Below, one piece after another: positions 1 to 14,786 of a DNA stretch of 64,000 nt. The notes under the pieces were generated by a model. The model did not search any database. It saw nothing but the letters and a program-made list of their open reading frames with translations, and was not told the DNA's origin. The translations under genes were made by a program, and so were the position numbers. The first letter of the stretch is position 1, and every line of letters starts with the position of its first letter. The DNA is from Octopus sinensis (taxonomy: Eukaryota), in NCBI RefSeq assembly GCF_006345805.1, contig NC_043006.1:58900001-58964000 (forward strand), written 5' to 3'.

Positions 1-186
1 CAGACTTTGGCTTACAAGATAAGTAAATTTAAGCTCGGGGAAAACTAAAAGCTTATGTACTATAATTTATTGAACTTAAGTATTACAACAAACGAAAATA
101 CAAATAGCTTTGCTTAGACGAATATAGTGTGACGTTGACATATCACTTCAAAGTTATCAATCATTCTGAGAACCTTAGTTTGTTGG

Positions 187-925
187 TCCCATGGTAAAAA
201 AAACTTCCTTATAGACAATGTTTCGGGTTTTAATAGTAGGGGCAAAAATGAAAAGATTGTTCTTGCTCCTCACTCTGGATGTCCCAATATATAGCTGACA
301 GTGTGAGAAATCAGCAACTGTCAAAGTCGAACTTAGGATGTATTAATGGACATCGCAAAAGACAGACGTAGTGGAAATTAAAGTCATTTGAACACGAAGG
401 GCATATTGGAAGGTATTAAAGGTAAGCGAGGAATAAAAACATCTTCACCTTTTTGTACAGCCAGAAATTATGATGGCCTGTATGACATTGCTCATTAATT
501 TCTTGACAGGTCTTGTGCCATTGCAGAACTTTGGTTGAGAAAGTGTGCGCAGAAGCCTGATTGGAGCGCCTATTTTCAATGGAAAGCAACGAGGAGGAGT
601 TCCTGGTGGCTGCAGTTTGTTTAATAATTCAACCGAGTAATTGACTATTTCCGATTCATCCACAACAGAGTCTATAGATTTGCAAGTATGCTCGTTTCCT
701 GGTAAAAGTTTCTCGAGTCTTTCATTTAAATTATTCACAGTAACGCACAAACAAGCAGCATTTGTGTATTTTGAAATTATACTTGGAAAAACATTTTCAA
801 TAACTTTCTCTACCGACTGACTAAGGTGCAGATTTTTGATGGATTCAAGTCCCCTTCATGATTGATACCTAACCTTCCTTCTCTAATTTGCAAAATAGTA
901 TGGGAAAATTCTTCTGACAGATGAT
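187..925 (-). mobile_element. Helitron RepHel PIF1-like helicase C-terminal remnant (degenerate)
   Basis: ORF 445-750 [63 protein letters not shown]. Downstream on - strand: [49 protein letters not shown]. These are typical Helitron helicase motifs, with stops and frameshifts. Confidence 0.9.
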
Positions 926-972
926 CCCATTGCAAATTCCACACAGTCTTGGCTTTGTAGACTCATTTTATT

Positions 973-975
<3 letters not shown>

Positions 976-1039
<64 letters not shown>
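976..1039. repeat. (CA)n microsatellite; others at 1806-1905, 17920-18015 and 24428-24549
   Basis: Direct reading. Confidence 0.98.
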
Positions 1040-1043
<4 letters not shown>

Positions 1044-1802
1044 CGTGTATTTATCTGCGTAGAGTTTGTTTCTTCATTTGATCAAATACTTAGACTTCCA
1101 GTTTTTGCGGAGAGGAAATGGCAAGTTAATTGTGCATGTTTTCTCAGCGGAGATTAGCGTAGTGAACGAAATGAACAAACTCTCAGCGAGGATTGAAACT
1201 ACATTTCGTTATTTATCGATCGAAAGCTTAACTATTGCTTTACAACGCTTCCTATAGTTTTATCTAAATTACTCTGAAAATTCAACATAAGAATTCTGAG
1301 ATTGATATTTCGGTCACATTTTACAGGAAATCTTCGGATTACCCAAAATAATCAGTTAGCTAATATGGAGAAGATGGAACACTGTTATAGCATAGAACAA
1401 TATACTAGCTCTAACAGAATAAAGAATAAATGCATCACACACACACACAAACTCATACACAGACACAGACACACACATACACGCATACACACTCATACAC
1501 GAACATAACCCGGCTTGTGACTAAAATCTGCATCGATCAAAGAAAAACACAACAGAAAACATCTTGGCAAATGGAAAGATAAAATTCTGCCTTTGAAGAT
1601 CGATGAATTAAAGTAGAGCCAATACTTTGATGAGTGAAGCAAAAGTGAATATGTACTTAGGATCTTTACATAAAAAGTTTGCTTCGATAAGGCTGCAAAT
1701 AATGTGGTCATTATGTGCTACTAGATATCATATAACGTTAGTTCCGAAGAGAGAAAATAATACAAAAGCCAAAAACAAACCATTATATCGCCTGAGATTA
1801 GC

Positions 1803-1908
<106 letters not shown>

Positions 1909-2179
1909 AAAACACTATATAGAGAAATGAAATAATGAAAGATAAGATGGTATACGTTCGGGAAAGGAAGTTAATGCAGACTTCTTTTCATCGCGGATGT
2001 GTGATTAGGAGGCTGGCTTCCCAAACACAAAGTTCAAGGTTCAGTTCCACGTTGTGGTAATTTGCGCGGCGAGTGTGTTTTACCAAAGCCCTGGGGCCGA
2101 TTAAATTCTAATAAGTTGAATTGGTAGACGGAAACTGGAAGAAACCAGTCGTTTATATGTACATATACATACTTACATA

Positions 2180-2215
<36 letters not shown>

Positions 2216-2243
2216 TGTATGTATGTATGTATGTATGTATATA

Positions 2244-3082
2244 CAGGATGCGATGGGTAAACTGGCGCCATTTCATATTTTTTATTTCGAGCATGCGCAT
2301 TGTTTGTTTTTGACTTTGTCAACGACACAGTATAGTAGGGTCAGTTGGGCATTGTCTGTGAGAAAAAACAGCACCATGACGCAATACACTCTGCCAGAAA
2401 TTGGGAAACGACATACTGTACTGCTTGGCGTTCGCGTCGAAAGTTCCAATACAAACTTTTCAGAGTACAGTACAATCTGAGGACATGTACCGAGAGTGAT
2501 AAAAATCAAACATCCAGTCAACATCATGGTGTTTGAAGTGATCACTAGTGATGGCGACGTTATGCCTCCGTTTATCCTCCCACACGGCCACAGACTCAAC
2601 ACGGAGGCCTATATGAAGTGCCTGGAGGAGATAGTGCTGCCCGGAGTTAAGAGTGTGGTTGCTGGCAACAGGACTCTGGACCATGCCACAGAAGCAGGAG
2701 AAACTAGTCATGGCGGTCAGACAATTTCTACGATCATATCACCCCCAACATCTGTCCCCAGGCTGCAATCCCCTTGATTATTATGTGTGGGGCGCAGTTG
2801 AGCGAAAGACCAACAAAACTCCTTGTAACACCAAAGATGAACTAAAGAATTATAGCAGCATTCACCAAGTTAAACAAGGAGACCGTCCAGAAGAGTTGCA
2901 GGAGATTGTGAAGTCGTCTGGAGGCTGCGATTGAAGTCCGTGGTGATTTTATTGAATAAATTCACTTTTTAGTATTTCAAGATATTTTTATGCAATTTTA
3001 GTATATATATTTGTTAAAATGAGATGTCAGTGTTATTTTCATGTTTGCGTAATTTAGACGACAGTTTATTCACCGCACTCTG
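2244..3082 (+). mobile_element. Internally deleted Tc1/mariner (DD37D/maT-like) element
   Basis: Imperfect TIRs CAGGATGCGATGGGTAAACTG and CAGTTTATTCACCGCACTCTG with TA on both sides. Transposase remnants IMVFEVITSDGDVMPPFI..LNTEAY and CNPLDYYVWGAVERKTN. Confidence 0.9.
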
Positions 3083-3090
3083 TATATAAG

Positions 3091-3167
<77 letters not shown>

Positions 3168-3254
3168 GTATGTACGTATGTACGTATGTATGTATGTATG
3201 TATGTATGTATGTATGTATGTATGTATGTATGTATGTATGTATATGTTTACATA

Positions 3255-3620
3255 TATTGACTGTGTGGTAAGAAGCTTTCTTCTCACTGTGTGGCACCTT
3301 GAGTAAGTGTCTCCTACTATAACCTCGAGCCAACCAAAGCCTTATGAGTGAATTTGGTGGACAGAAGCTAAAAAAGGCCCGCCTTATATCTATATACGTT
3401 AGTCCCAGAGCGCACAATGTTCCTGAAGGTCGGCAATGGTCTTCCTCGGTCACGAGTGGACGACCATCATCATGTATGCATATATGTATGTATTTGTGTG
3501 TCTGTGTTACACCACCATCGCTTGACAACCGGTATTTCTTTGTTTACGACCTTGAAAATTTAAGTACTGGGGTCAATTTAATATACTAAAAACCCTTCAA
3601 GGCGGTGCCTCAACATGGCT
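3255..3620 (+). mobile_element. tRNA-derived SINE, second family
   Basis: CTGTGTGGTAAGAAGC..GGCACCTTGAGTAAGTGTC..CCAAAGCCTTATGAGTGAATTTGG..GGCGGTGCC.CA.CATGGC. Related copies at 2010(-), 15945(+), 19420(-), 42800(-), 53720(+), 58660(-) and 63700(+). Confidence 0.85.
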
Positions 3621-4482
3621 GAATCCAATGGCTACAACAACAAAGAGAAAAAAAATTCCTATGCTGTTGTTCTTTCTGATTCTGAAGCTTTAAGTGGACC
3701 CAACTCATCAGATTTTGGACAAGATGCACCTCTGTAAACTGTCAGGTGAGCTCTAATGCAGATATGGGCAATCTTTTTAAAGCAAGCAACCTTACGAGAT
3801 ATTATTCATCATAAATCGGGTCACACTTCTACGAGAATAATTTCATTACATCAGATATCGTAAATACAACGTTTTCTGTCGTAATCTCACAGCTCCACGA
3901 AATCTTAACAGAAAGGAAGCATTAGAGATTGCGGGACAGCGAGGGAGAGAAAAAACATCCCTGAAAATGTTAACACTAACAGAGTCAAACCTACAGATTA
4001 CGTCACAATCGTTTACACGGTCATGATTTTATGTGTGTTATACAGAAAGTTATACAGAGATGAAGATTACTCATGTCCGTTGTAAGGCAGCCAATTATCG
4101 ACAACTAAGTGAAGTGAGAAAAAACTTTCCCGACAAGAGAAAGCCACAAAGAAAAAAAATTCCTACTGGGGATTTTCAGTTTCTGCTCTTTTTGCTCACA
4201 AAAGAAATATTTACGCTCTCAAGTTGAAAAGCTTAATCATGAGGCGAGAGAAACAGAATAAAATGTAAATTGAGACCAATATCCTGTTTCGATTCCACGT
4301 TACATATACATACATACATACATACATACATACATACATACATACACACACCCTGTTGTTGATGCTAGAATTCCAATGAAGGAGCCTTTAATCTAGGTTA
4401 GAAACCGGCTCTTTCTCTATTGGCAAGAAATCTTGAAATAAAAATGAACAATATCATACACACATACATATTCTATATATAT

Positions 4483-4635
<153 letters not shown>

Positions 4636-4636
4636 G

Positions 4637-4669
<33 letters not shown>

Positions 4670-5074
4670 CTGTATGTATGTAAGTATATATGATTCTGCC
4701 AACTATTGAAGTTTCAGCCATTGACGAGTTAATCTATACATATCCCAGTGTGTATTACTAGTCTAATCTACATATTACTTATAGGATATACTACAAAAGT
4801 CTTGCAGATTTTCCTCTTTCTGTCTCTGTCTGTTTGTCTGTCTGACTCTCTCTCTCTCTCTCTCTCTATCTCTCCCTGTCTCTCTCTCTCTCTATATATA
4901 TGGGTATATATGTGTGTGTGTGTGTATGCATAACATGTTGAAAGCAGCAGTTATCGATCATCAATGTTAAATGACGTGGAACCTGGTTAATAGTTGGAAG
5001 ACTATTTGGGGAACTTTGATGCTGTAATCATCATTACCAGTAAGGCAGATTTAAGGCAGCTAACTTGCAGAATC

Positions 5075-5400
5075 TTTAGGTTGTCGGAGAAAATGCTTAG
5101 CGGCATTTGTCCGTCTTTACGTTCGGAGTTCAAATACCACCGAGGTCGACTTTGTCTTTCATCTTTTCGGGGTCGATAAAATAAGTATGAGATGTAATCG
5201 ACTTACCCCCTCCCCCGAACTTGCTGGCCTTCTGCCAAAATTTGAAATGATTATTAAGAAGGCAGATAATTAGTAGTGCGGTTAGAGTGTCAGACACTTT
5301 ACTTTGCTCTAATCGCTCTGGCTGTCTGAGTTTTGAGTTCAAATCACACGGAAGTCAGCTTTGCCTTTCACTCTTTTGGGGTCGATAAACAAAATGCCAG
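5075..5400 (+). mobile_element. Two dispersed Deu/Nin-type SINE copies
   Basis: GAGTTCAAAT..GTCGACTTTG.CTTTCA.C.TTT.GGGGTCGATAAA. Further copies near 8070, 8650, 9200, 9400 and 10070. Confidence 0.85.
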
Positions 5401-5639
5401 TCATATAGTGATATAGATCATTTATTCTTTTATCGGCTCTCTCATTTTCTGTGAGAAATCAGCTGCGGTTAGATCCTGAGTAACCTCTGCATAGTTTAGA
5501 TATCAAAGACACGCCGTGTCTCATGTCGGTGTCCCTGCCACGCTGCCACTTGAGGCTCAAGAAAAGTCCATATATTACAAAATATATACTATCATAGTCG
5601 AATCTATAGTCAATATGTCACATACAAACAGTGATACAT

Positions 5640-5683
<44 letters not shown>

Positions 5684-5744
5684 TCGTCTTTTGTTTTTTT
5701 TTTGTAAATTCTCACTGTACACATACATATATATGTAGACACGC

Positions 5745-5775
<31 letters not shown>

Positions 5776-7415
5776 TGTATGTATGTATGTATGTATGTAT
5801 GTATGTATGTGTAGATAAATCAAGAAGATGCATATATGTTGGTGCTCCAGAAACGCTTTCAGACAACTAAAAAATTAAAGAATCGAAAATAGTTGGGGCC
5901 AAGTGAAGAATTAAAGAAAGCGAAATATTTAGAGTCGTGGAAATGACTAATGAACGAATTTAATTGATACAGCTTCCTTTGGGGCTGAATGTGTAACCGT
6001 TATATCATTATGTTTCGTTCTAGCTCTTCCTAGCTACTTGAGTGATGTTATGCCAAATGAAGGAGAAGAACTATCTAAGACAATAAAGACAGCTTTACTA
6101 TTCTGCATTACTCAGAAATAGTCATAATGGACATTGCATTTGAATTTTAAAATGCCATTTGAAATCATATCAGTTTATCTATTAGCAACAGAATGTCTTG
6201 GACATTAGAGGTAGAATCTAACACTTCTCATAAATTACATTTCAGCAGTACTGCATCTTAGACATAATGCCACTTCAGTGCAGGAGATATTGGTTGATGC
6301 CGATTAGGCATAAAGGTTATCAATCTAAGACAGACGGAAAAAGAGAGGTTATGGTGTTCAGGCATTTTCATCCCCTGAATATTACAAGTATGGGAAACGA
6401 TTTAAACATGAGAATGTTCCATCCATATCTTCTTGCATCGGTCATATTACAATGTGTAGAAGAAAAGCAAACGGTAGAACTGGCAATGGTCAAAATACTT
6501 CGTGGGTATTTACTTATACCTCTTCCCTTTATATTCTGTGTACAAATCAACCCATTGTCGACTTCATCGTTCAGTCGTTCATTCTGATTTCAAATTCCTT
6601 AAAGGACTTTATTGTTCATCTTTCCGAAGTTTATAAAATATATACCAAATATATTAAATGCCAGTATCACTATTTGTCATCATAAAATTGGAAAGATACA
6701 TGAGATAATATAGTATTGAATACTCATAAAAATACAGAATGGTTACGACTAGAAAGCCTTTGAGCTGTTCAATGAGAACGAAGCACAACAGTATCAGTAC
6801 TTCACATAATCGATTGTTCCCTCCTCCAAATTTATGGCTTCGTGTCTGTATTAGAAGTATATAACTACATAAATCTTTTAACATTGTATGCTATCTGGCC
6901 GCGAACGACATCAAGTTACTTTCATGACAAACACTATATGCTTGTCAAGTGTTTTCATAAGAGAATATAAAAGGTGGTTGCCTGCTGCCTTCTTTCGGAT
7001 ATTTTTGATAAGATTCCAGCATGTCAGTTAAGTAGAGACAGGTCCACAACGCCTAATTGAGTACTCAAAACGTAAGGCGTTGCCTCAATAACTGTACAGC
7101 ATTTTGTTTAACATACTAGCAATTCCCCGACCAGAAATGCTATTTTATTTTAGAAAAAAAAAACAAAACAAAACAAAACAAAAAACATGAATAAAAGATT
7201 TGTTGCCAGCAGGATTCGAATTTAAAACGTAAGGAGCTTGAACAATTACCAGAAGCTATTTAATCATACAACCTCATTCAGTCGACTAATTTACTGCGAG
7301 CTGAAAGTAGTTTGCATTGTATAGTTTTCAATCAATTACACTTCGAGTTTAATTTTTGATGGACTTTATGTCTCCTTACGCCGGAATTGATGAATAGGGA
7401 ATCGACTGTGCAATG

Positions 7416-7455
<40 letters not shown>

Positions 7456-9790
7456 TCTACCAAATACATTTGATATCGTGCCTAATCATTAGGAATCAAT
7501 AAATTATATTAGATCGGCATTGGGTTATATGCTTGAATGTATATAATTTGTATATTCTGAGTTCGAATTCTGCCGGCACGAAATCGCCTTTCATATTTCA
7601 GCAGTTGTTTGTGATAATGTCAGTGATATACTATGTTGATTTATTCTGCTACAAACAATGCAAAATGGTCTCTGCAATGAAAAAATGTTGGCCGAAAGCC
7701 AAGTTCAAAGAAGTCAATATATTAGATTTTTACTGAATTCGAACAAATTAAGTTGCATTCACCTTCGCTGTATCACTGATGATATTTGTCTTTTTAACTA
7801 TGGGAAAATACTTGTAAAGAAATCTGATTAAATTTGTTCTGAAATTTCTTTTTGTTCCTAAACCATGATACATATAGATCGAATCATATATTTCCACATC
7901 AATGATATAAAAATACACTGTATTTTATCGTATATGGATAGTATTAACCCACACTAACACCTCACAGTAACATCCTACAGGAACAGCCTATGTTAATACC
8001 CTACATTCAGACATTAAGACCCTAATTCGACATCACACGATATTACAGTTATTCGTAAGGGGGGAGATGGCAGAATCTTTACTGCGCCGGAAATGTCTGG
8101 CAAAATTTCTTGACTTAACCTTCAAATTTACGTTCAAATGTCGCCAGGTTCGATTTCGGGATCAATAAAATAAGTGCCACTTGAGCATCGGGGTCGAGCT
8201 AATCGGCCTACTTCTTCCTACGAAATTACTGATCTTGTGCCATAATTTCATACCAATATTACAGATATTAGTATCTGGATAGTTATATCCCTCATTAAAG
8301 CATCACAGTAACATCCTATGCCAAGAGCCAACATCAACATCTCATAGTGAAACCCCGCATTACTATAGTATTTCAATATCTCACAAAATTACCTGTTATT
8401 AGCAAATTGTGAAGAATTGACTGAAATGTCTATTTCTAAAATGTAGGATCTTATTCAATGCCAGATCATTAAGATGCTGGTAAGAAATATATACTGAAAT
8501 GTTGATTATCTTATCTTATCACTAGAGTGTTGCTTGTCATCTGAAGGGTAATTCTGGAAATAAAGCTTTTCCACATGGGTAATATCAGTTAATATGGCAT
8601 ACTTACAAAACTCTAATTTAACATTTAATATTTGCACATTAAAAATTCCGCTGATGTCGACTTTGCTTTTCATCCTTTCGGGATCGATAAATCAAGTACC
8701 AGTTGCATTTTGGAGTCGATCTAATCAACTGATTCCCTCCCACAAAATTTTGGGCCTTGTGCTTAGAGTAGAAAATAATATTTACACATTAAACATTAAA
8801 TATCTGCAGCTCTTATGTTAATTCTTCCTGTATTTTTAAAATGATGAAGTGAATACTAATTTTTAAATATTATCTACCTTAAAATAAATTTAAACGAAAC
8901 ACATTTCTCCTTTGTATATTTGCAATAAATAGATGTTATCATTTTCCTAAATTTTATCAACATAATCGCAATCGAAAATCGAAAATCTATCTCTGCACAA
9001 TTTCATAAAAAAAAATATATTTTCAGAAAGTGACATGACACTCATCTCCAGCTTTTATGTTCTCCATTTTTGTATCTCTCTTACTCTCTCTAAATGATGT
9101 AAAGCGTGGAGAAATGAGGAAACCAACCAACCAACCAACCGACTAACATTTATATCGGCTATTATGAACATAAAGGACGGTGGACCGACAAAGACGTTAA
9201 TGTCGGAAAAATGTCTTCCTGACTCTTACTGTTTTCAGTTCAAATTTCGCTTAGGTGAAGTTTGACTTTCGTCCGTCCGGGGTTGATAACATAAAGTAAC
9301 AGTCAGTTATAATTGTGCCCACTCTTCATAAATTTAGAATCAATTATAACAAACAGATGTCTCACACCTGATAGAATCGTTAAGGCGTCGGACAAAATGC
9401 CTTGCAGTATCTAGTTCCATTCTTAGTCCAAATCCTGCTGTAGTGAACTTTGCCTTCCATCCTTCCAGAATGAATACAATAATGTACTTGTTAAATACTG
9501 GTTCAATTTAACCAATTTCTCCCCAAATTGCTGGCTTTGTATCTTAATTAGAAGTACCGGCTAATAAGATGCATTCTTATTTTACTATTATGTTTTTGGA
9601 CAAAAATAGTATGTTTCATCATACACTTATTGAAAGATATTTTAAGGTAGTTTTGTAGAGGAAAATGTGTGATTCTGTACATATAAATACAATCCCATGA
9701 TAGCATACTGTAATAAAGTATGAAACCATACTTTATACGAGCATCGTAAACGTTATACGAATACCGTATTTAAGTTTTATTTTATTTCAG

Positions 9791-9839
9791 ATCAGCTGCA
9801 TGAGATGATGAGAACTCTCCACATAACTGCCGACGTGCT
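9791..9839 (+). CDS. Candidate small exon
   Basis: Acceptor ttttatttcag, donors gtaagc (9840) and gtaagt (9854). Only open frame is (D)QLHEMMRTLHITADV(L); product not recognised. Confidence 0.3.
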
Positions 9840-11499
9840 GTAAGCAACTTTTAGTAAGTTTGTGCTTGTCAATATTTTATTATCAGCAACTATTATAGTA
9901 CCTAGCAAACTTATGCTTATTGGCTCCCTAGTCTACAACACCCGGTCTCTCATAGGGATGCATTAGACGCAAGGCAATTTTTAATAGTTTTAAAACAAAC
10001 AAAAGAAAGTTTCTTATACACCGGCACATACGGCGACTATTATTATAAATTTTAAGATCGATGGGCTGGCAGAATCATTAGCATGCCTGACAAAATGCTT
10101 AGCGGTATTTCGCCCATTTTTATGCCCTGACTTCAAATACCGTTGAGGTCAACTTAGCCTTTCGTCCTTTCGGGATAGATAAAATAAGTACAAGTTGAGT
10201 ACTGGAGTTGATGTAATACACTAATCCCTCAACCTCAATTTCAGGCCTTGTGCCTATAATAGAAAGGATTATTGTTATTATTATTATTAGATATATCAAA
10301 CAGAATACAACATGTAAAAGGTAGATATGTAAAAAGATAAAAATAAAAAGAGATAGAGAGAGAGAGAGAAAGAGGGGGTGGGAGAGAGAGGAGTAGGGGC
10401 AAAATAGGGAGAAAGAAATCAGTATAGTTTTGTATTGAAAATGTTTACTCAGCAAGCTGTCAACATTCTCTGATCTGGATTTTCAATTTGTTATGTCCCC
10501 ATTCATCTGTAGTGGCGCGTTTATGGTCAATAACAGCCAATATGTAAATTTGATTGTCTATTTTATCGAAAAATGCCTGTTATGAATTCAAATATTTGAC
10601 ATGCTATGAAATGTAGAAGTAACGACAGAAGCGTTTAAACGTTGGGGTTATGACATCATGCAAAAACGAAAAGAAACTGGCGAAATTACAGTTGATCCAT
10701 TTGAGCAGAAAATTTGTTAGAAACCTTGTGGGTCCTGTAGGCTTAGGAAAAATATTACATCATATATTGACTCACCAACGTTTTTGTTTTGGTAAACATT
10801 GAGAAACAAATGTTCAGAAGGAACTTCAATCAGAATGATTAAGGTTTGAGAAAACTAATGGGGGGGGGGACTAACTTACTAGAGAGGACGACGTGAGCCA
10901 CAACATAAAATATCCTTCCCTATCAAATGTAAGAGTTTCTCAGAGAAATTGGAAAATACTTAAGAAAACATTACGCGACAATATGCTGATTTTAACATTT
11001 TTACTTCAATAATATTACTTTATGTCAATCGTCCAATCATTTTTGATCTCGTTGCTATTATTGCTTAGCCCCAGGTCACTTCATTGGAATAGACTTGTGA
11101 TAAAAGGCGTTCTTGTCAAGACCATTCATTCAGACGATTTATTTTGAAAACGACATTATTTAAATGATCTCCCTTATTTTCAAAGAGAGTAGTCTGTGAT
11201 TTGAGGGAAATTTACCTGCAAGATTTAAACTAGAATAAATCTAGTTATTATGGGAGACAGATTTTTTGTGTAATGAAGAACAAAATACTAAATTAACATT
11301 AGAGGCATTCTAATTTAGAATCATCGACTCAAATTATAAAAAAAAGGTTATATAAATCTTACTTTAGAATAATGACATTATGTGCGTATTTTTTCTCTTT
11401 TTCAAAAGTTAATTAAATTTCATCCATCTATGCATCCATACGTCCGTACTTCCTTCTGTCTGTCTGTCTCTATATGTAGGTGTGTGTGTAAATATATAT

Positions 11500-11533
<34 letters not shown>

Positions 11534-13348
11534 CCATATACACACACACAAGCGGATATTTCGGATTTGAAAATACGTATAAATAATATTGTTTTAATTA
11601 AAATCCCACACGTCAGTTAGAAAAATATCAGAAACATGATCGTTTAAGATCGAACAATTTCGCGATTTCAGCAAAATTTCGGTAGCTTCCAGCTGTTACG
11701 GTCTAGACACATACAGAGATGTGATATCTAATTTAGATATATATCAATATTGATTTCTCTCCTCCTGACACTATGTACATTAATATATCGACAAACATGA
11801 TCAATTCATTACAGAAGCGAGCAAAATTATTCCATTACGGCTCCTCACTTCTCTTCAGATATTAAAACAGGACACTTTGTTACATAAAAAAATCTGTTCC
11901 CCATATTGGTAATCAAAGAAAATGTCTTTATATAATTGAATAACAAGAAAGAAGCCGACCTTTAAAAAAATCATATACATTAGATAATGTAATCCTAGAT
12001 AACTACTGAAAATAATGCAATCCTAAATGTAAAACAAACAAAAAAAAATATATGGAACAAACAATTACGCTCGGAATGCTTCTGATCATATATCTATTCA
12101 ATTAGAGACGAATTGGGGCCAAACACCACCGACGCCACCACCACCAACAACAACAATACTAGCTTTCTTCTGTAACACGACTAATCATATTTTTGTGTGA
12201 TAAGCGATATTATTTTTTGTTTTGTTCAGAAACTACAATACACTGAGAAGAAAAGTGCCTCAAGAGAAAAGTAATATATTTATATATGTTGTAATCCATT
12301 AATTCTCTTTATTTGATGGGATTATTGTCAGTTCAGTTTATAACACCGGCGTAATATGAAGCAAAATAATGAACATAATTGCTTTTATGTGTGAAGCTAT
12401 CTGTTTATGTACGCCTAAGGGACTGCACAGTGGGATAGAACCCGAAAGACTAGTTTCGAAACCAACCTCTTCACCACACAGCCATACTTGCTGCCATAAA
12501 TATTGCTGAAAATTAAATTTATCTGATTTCTTTTATATCTTTTATACAAAACTCTGGTCATAAAACTGGTCCCACAATAGAAGTACAGAGGACAGTGTGG
12601 TGATAAAAGGTGATCAACATAGCCGAATAGTTAAGAAGTTCACTTCAAGGTCATGAGTTCTAGGGTTTGATTCCACTGTCTGACACCTTAGGCAAGTGTT
12701 TTTACCACAGGTTTTATGCAAGCCGACCCTAGAATTAGGTTTACGAAAAAAATCTGGGAAGCTTCGGATGGTTTTCCTTTGTAATTTAAAGATTTCACCC
12801 TGTCACACTCGGTCATAATGCTTTCGCCGAGAATCATGTAACTGTATCCAGCTACATCAAGAATTGACAAAGCAGTTAACATAACTCCTGGGGGTTTAAT
12901 TTGCTATCAGACGATTTTGAGGATGAAGGGTGCTGAGTAATTAGCGAATTGCTTTTCAAACACGAATAAGATTCGATTTGAAAAAAGGTCAATGTGAAAT
13001 ACATCAAAGACATAAAAAAAAATACTTTAGCAGATAGCACGTCGATGGCATACACATAGTAAATATGTAATGCCAGAAGCCTAATTAGTGGGCCAATTAA
13101 GAACAAAAGCAGACATTTTATGCAGACTTCATTATAGACACGCTCAATTCTACTAAGCATTTATTGCCTATTCGGAATGGTTTCAGTTGTCTGACAATTT
13201 TGAATTTACTCTTTGCATTTTTTAAAATTCCGTATCCATAGCGGCAACCCTCAGAAGTAAGAAGTGCTGGCAATATTTGCAAGAGTATTCAAGACTGGGA
13301 CTTAAATAATTATTTTCCAATAAAACAACGCCTATGTTCCTGTTATAG

Positions 13349-13423
13349 AATATGGAAAGATAAAAATATACAAAGGTCTTAATTTTGAGGGGATGGGTGG
13401 GGCAGTGACAGAAAATATCAAAG
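13349..13423 (+). CDS. Candidate coding exon with a beta/gamma-crystallin Greek-key signature
   Basis: Acceptor cctatgttcctgttatag, donor AAG/gtaaat, 75 nt, phase 1-1: (E)YGKIKIYKGLNFEGMGGAVTENIK. IKIYKGLNFEGMGGAV fits the crystallin pattern hydrophobic-x-x-[FY]-[DEQHKY]-x3-[FY]-x-G-x4-hydrophobic. Confidence 0.55.
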
Positions 13424-14071
13424 GTAAATTTTAACAATTAGACATTATCAACGACTCTTTGAAAGCGGCAAGTTGTATGAGATGTTTGTAAACCCCTGAG
13501 TTAAACACCGGCTAATTCAATGAGTATAGAATTCGGTTGACCGAACAAGTGAATGGTCATCGTCGAGAGTGACGGAGAACTATTTATTATAGAAATCAGC
13601 CGAAATGTTAAAGAGAAGTACACAAAAAAGTATGGTCGTTGAAAGTGACTTCAAAATTATGTAAGTTTTAAGAAGACTGATTCAAGGGAAGATAAGGGGG
13701 TAAAAATAGACGTACAGAAGATAGTATGGCTATAAGTGGTGACCATTATATGAAACAGAAGTACAGTATAGTGTTCATACACTGTAAGACAATTTCGATG
13801 TGAGAACTTCTCATATGATATGTATGTGTATGAGTTTATGTGTGTGTGGTTTTTATTCTTTAATGGTACAAGAACTAGCTTTAACTACCCCATGGTCTAT
13901 GCTGCTTAATTCTTCATTGATCATCATTAATTTAAGTTTCATGGTTGTCTCCCTTGCCCTCTTCTTTTAAAACCTGAATTAATCATTAAGATAATATATG
14001 GATTTTCAAATTCTCGCTGCTGGTCTAATGTGAATGAATTACCATTCTCTCTTTCTTTCTTTCTTTCTTTT

Positions 14072-14106
<35 letters not shown>

Positions 14107-14489
14107 CTCTCTCTCTCTCTCCATTATTATGTTGGTTCTGATTACTCTCTCCCGTGATTATAGATTAAAGAAACATAGGAAATTTAAAGTGAACGTTCTT
14201 AAAATTTATTCCATGATTTTCTTTTTTGGGAATGACGTGTTTCTGTTTAGTGCAAACGTAAATTCAACACAGTAATAAATATTCCATTTCACACACCTCC
14301 ACAGAAATAGTGAACACATAGTAGAAGTGTTTATGTCAGCTTCAGTGTTTCCCACACTTCAAAGGATGTATTAGAGAAAGAGAGAAAGAGAGAGAGTGGA
14401 AAAAAGGAGAAGGCCTGTGGAAATAGTAGAGACAGAGGAAATAAAGAAATAAGACAAAAAGAAAATAGAGTGGAGAGAGGGACCATGAC

Positions 14490-14520
<31 letters not shown>

Positions 14521-14751
14521 TGTATGTATGTATGTATGTATGTATGTATGTATGTATGTATGTATATATATGTATGTGTGTGTGTGTGTATACATATATA
14601 CATATATACATCAAGAAAAAGAAAGGAAAAATGAAAGCTAGAGAAAATAGGAGAGACAGAGGTGGTGAGGGAAAGAGGAAATCGCATGACGGAGAAGAAG
14701 AATATGTGTGTGTGTATATGTATGTGTGTATATGTATGTGTGTATATATAA

Positions 14752-14786
<35 letters not shown>

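Noticed and set aside
3615-3737. Short ORF MAESNGYNNK..QDAPL*
   Set aside because: Its ATG lies in the SINE 3' end; 40 codons with no recognisable homology.
9791-9839. HExxH metalloprotease or EF-hand assignment for QLHEMMRTLH
   Set aside because: The second histidine is misplaced for HExxH, and the putative EF loop is one residue short and lacks ligands.
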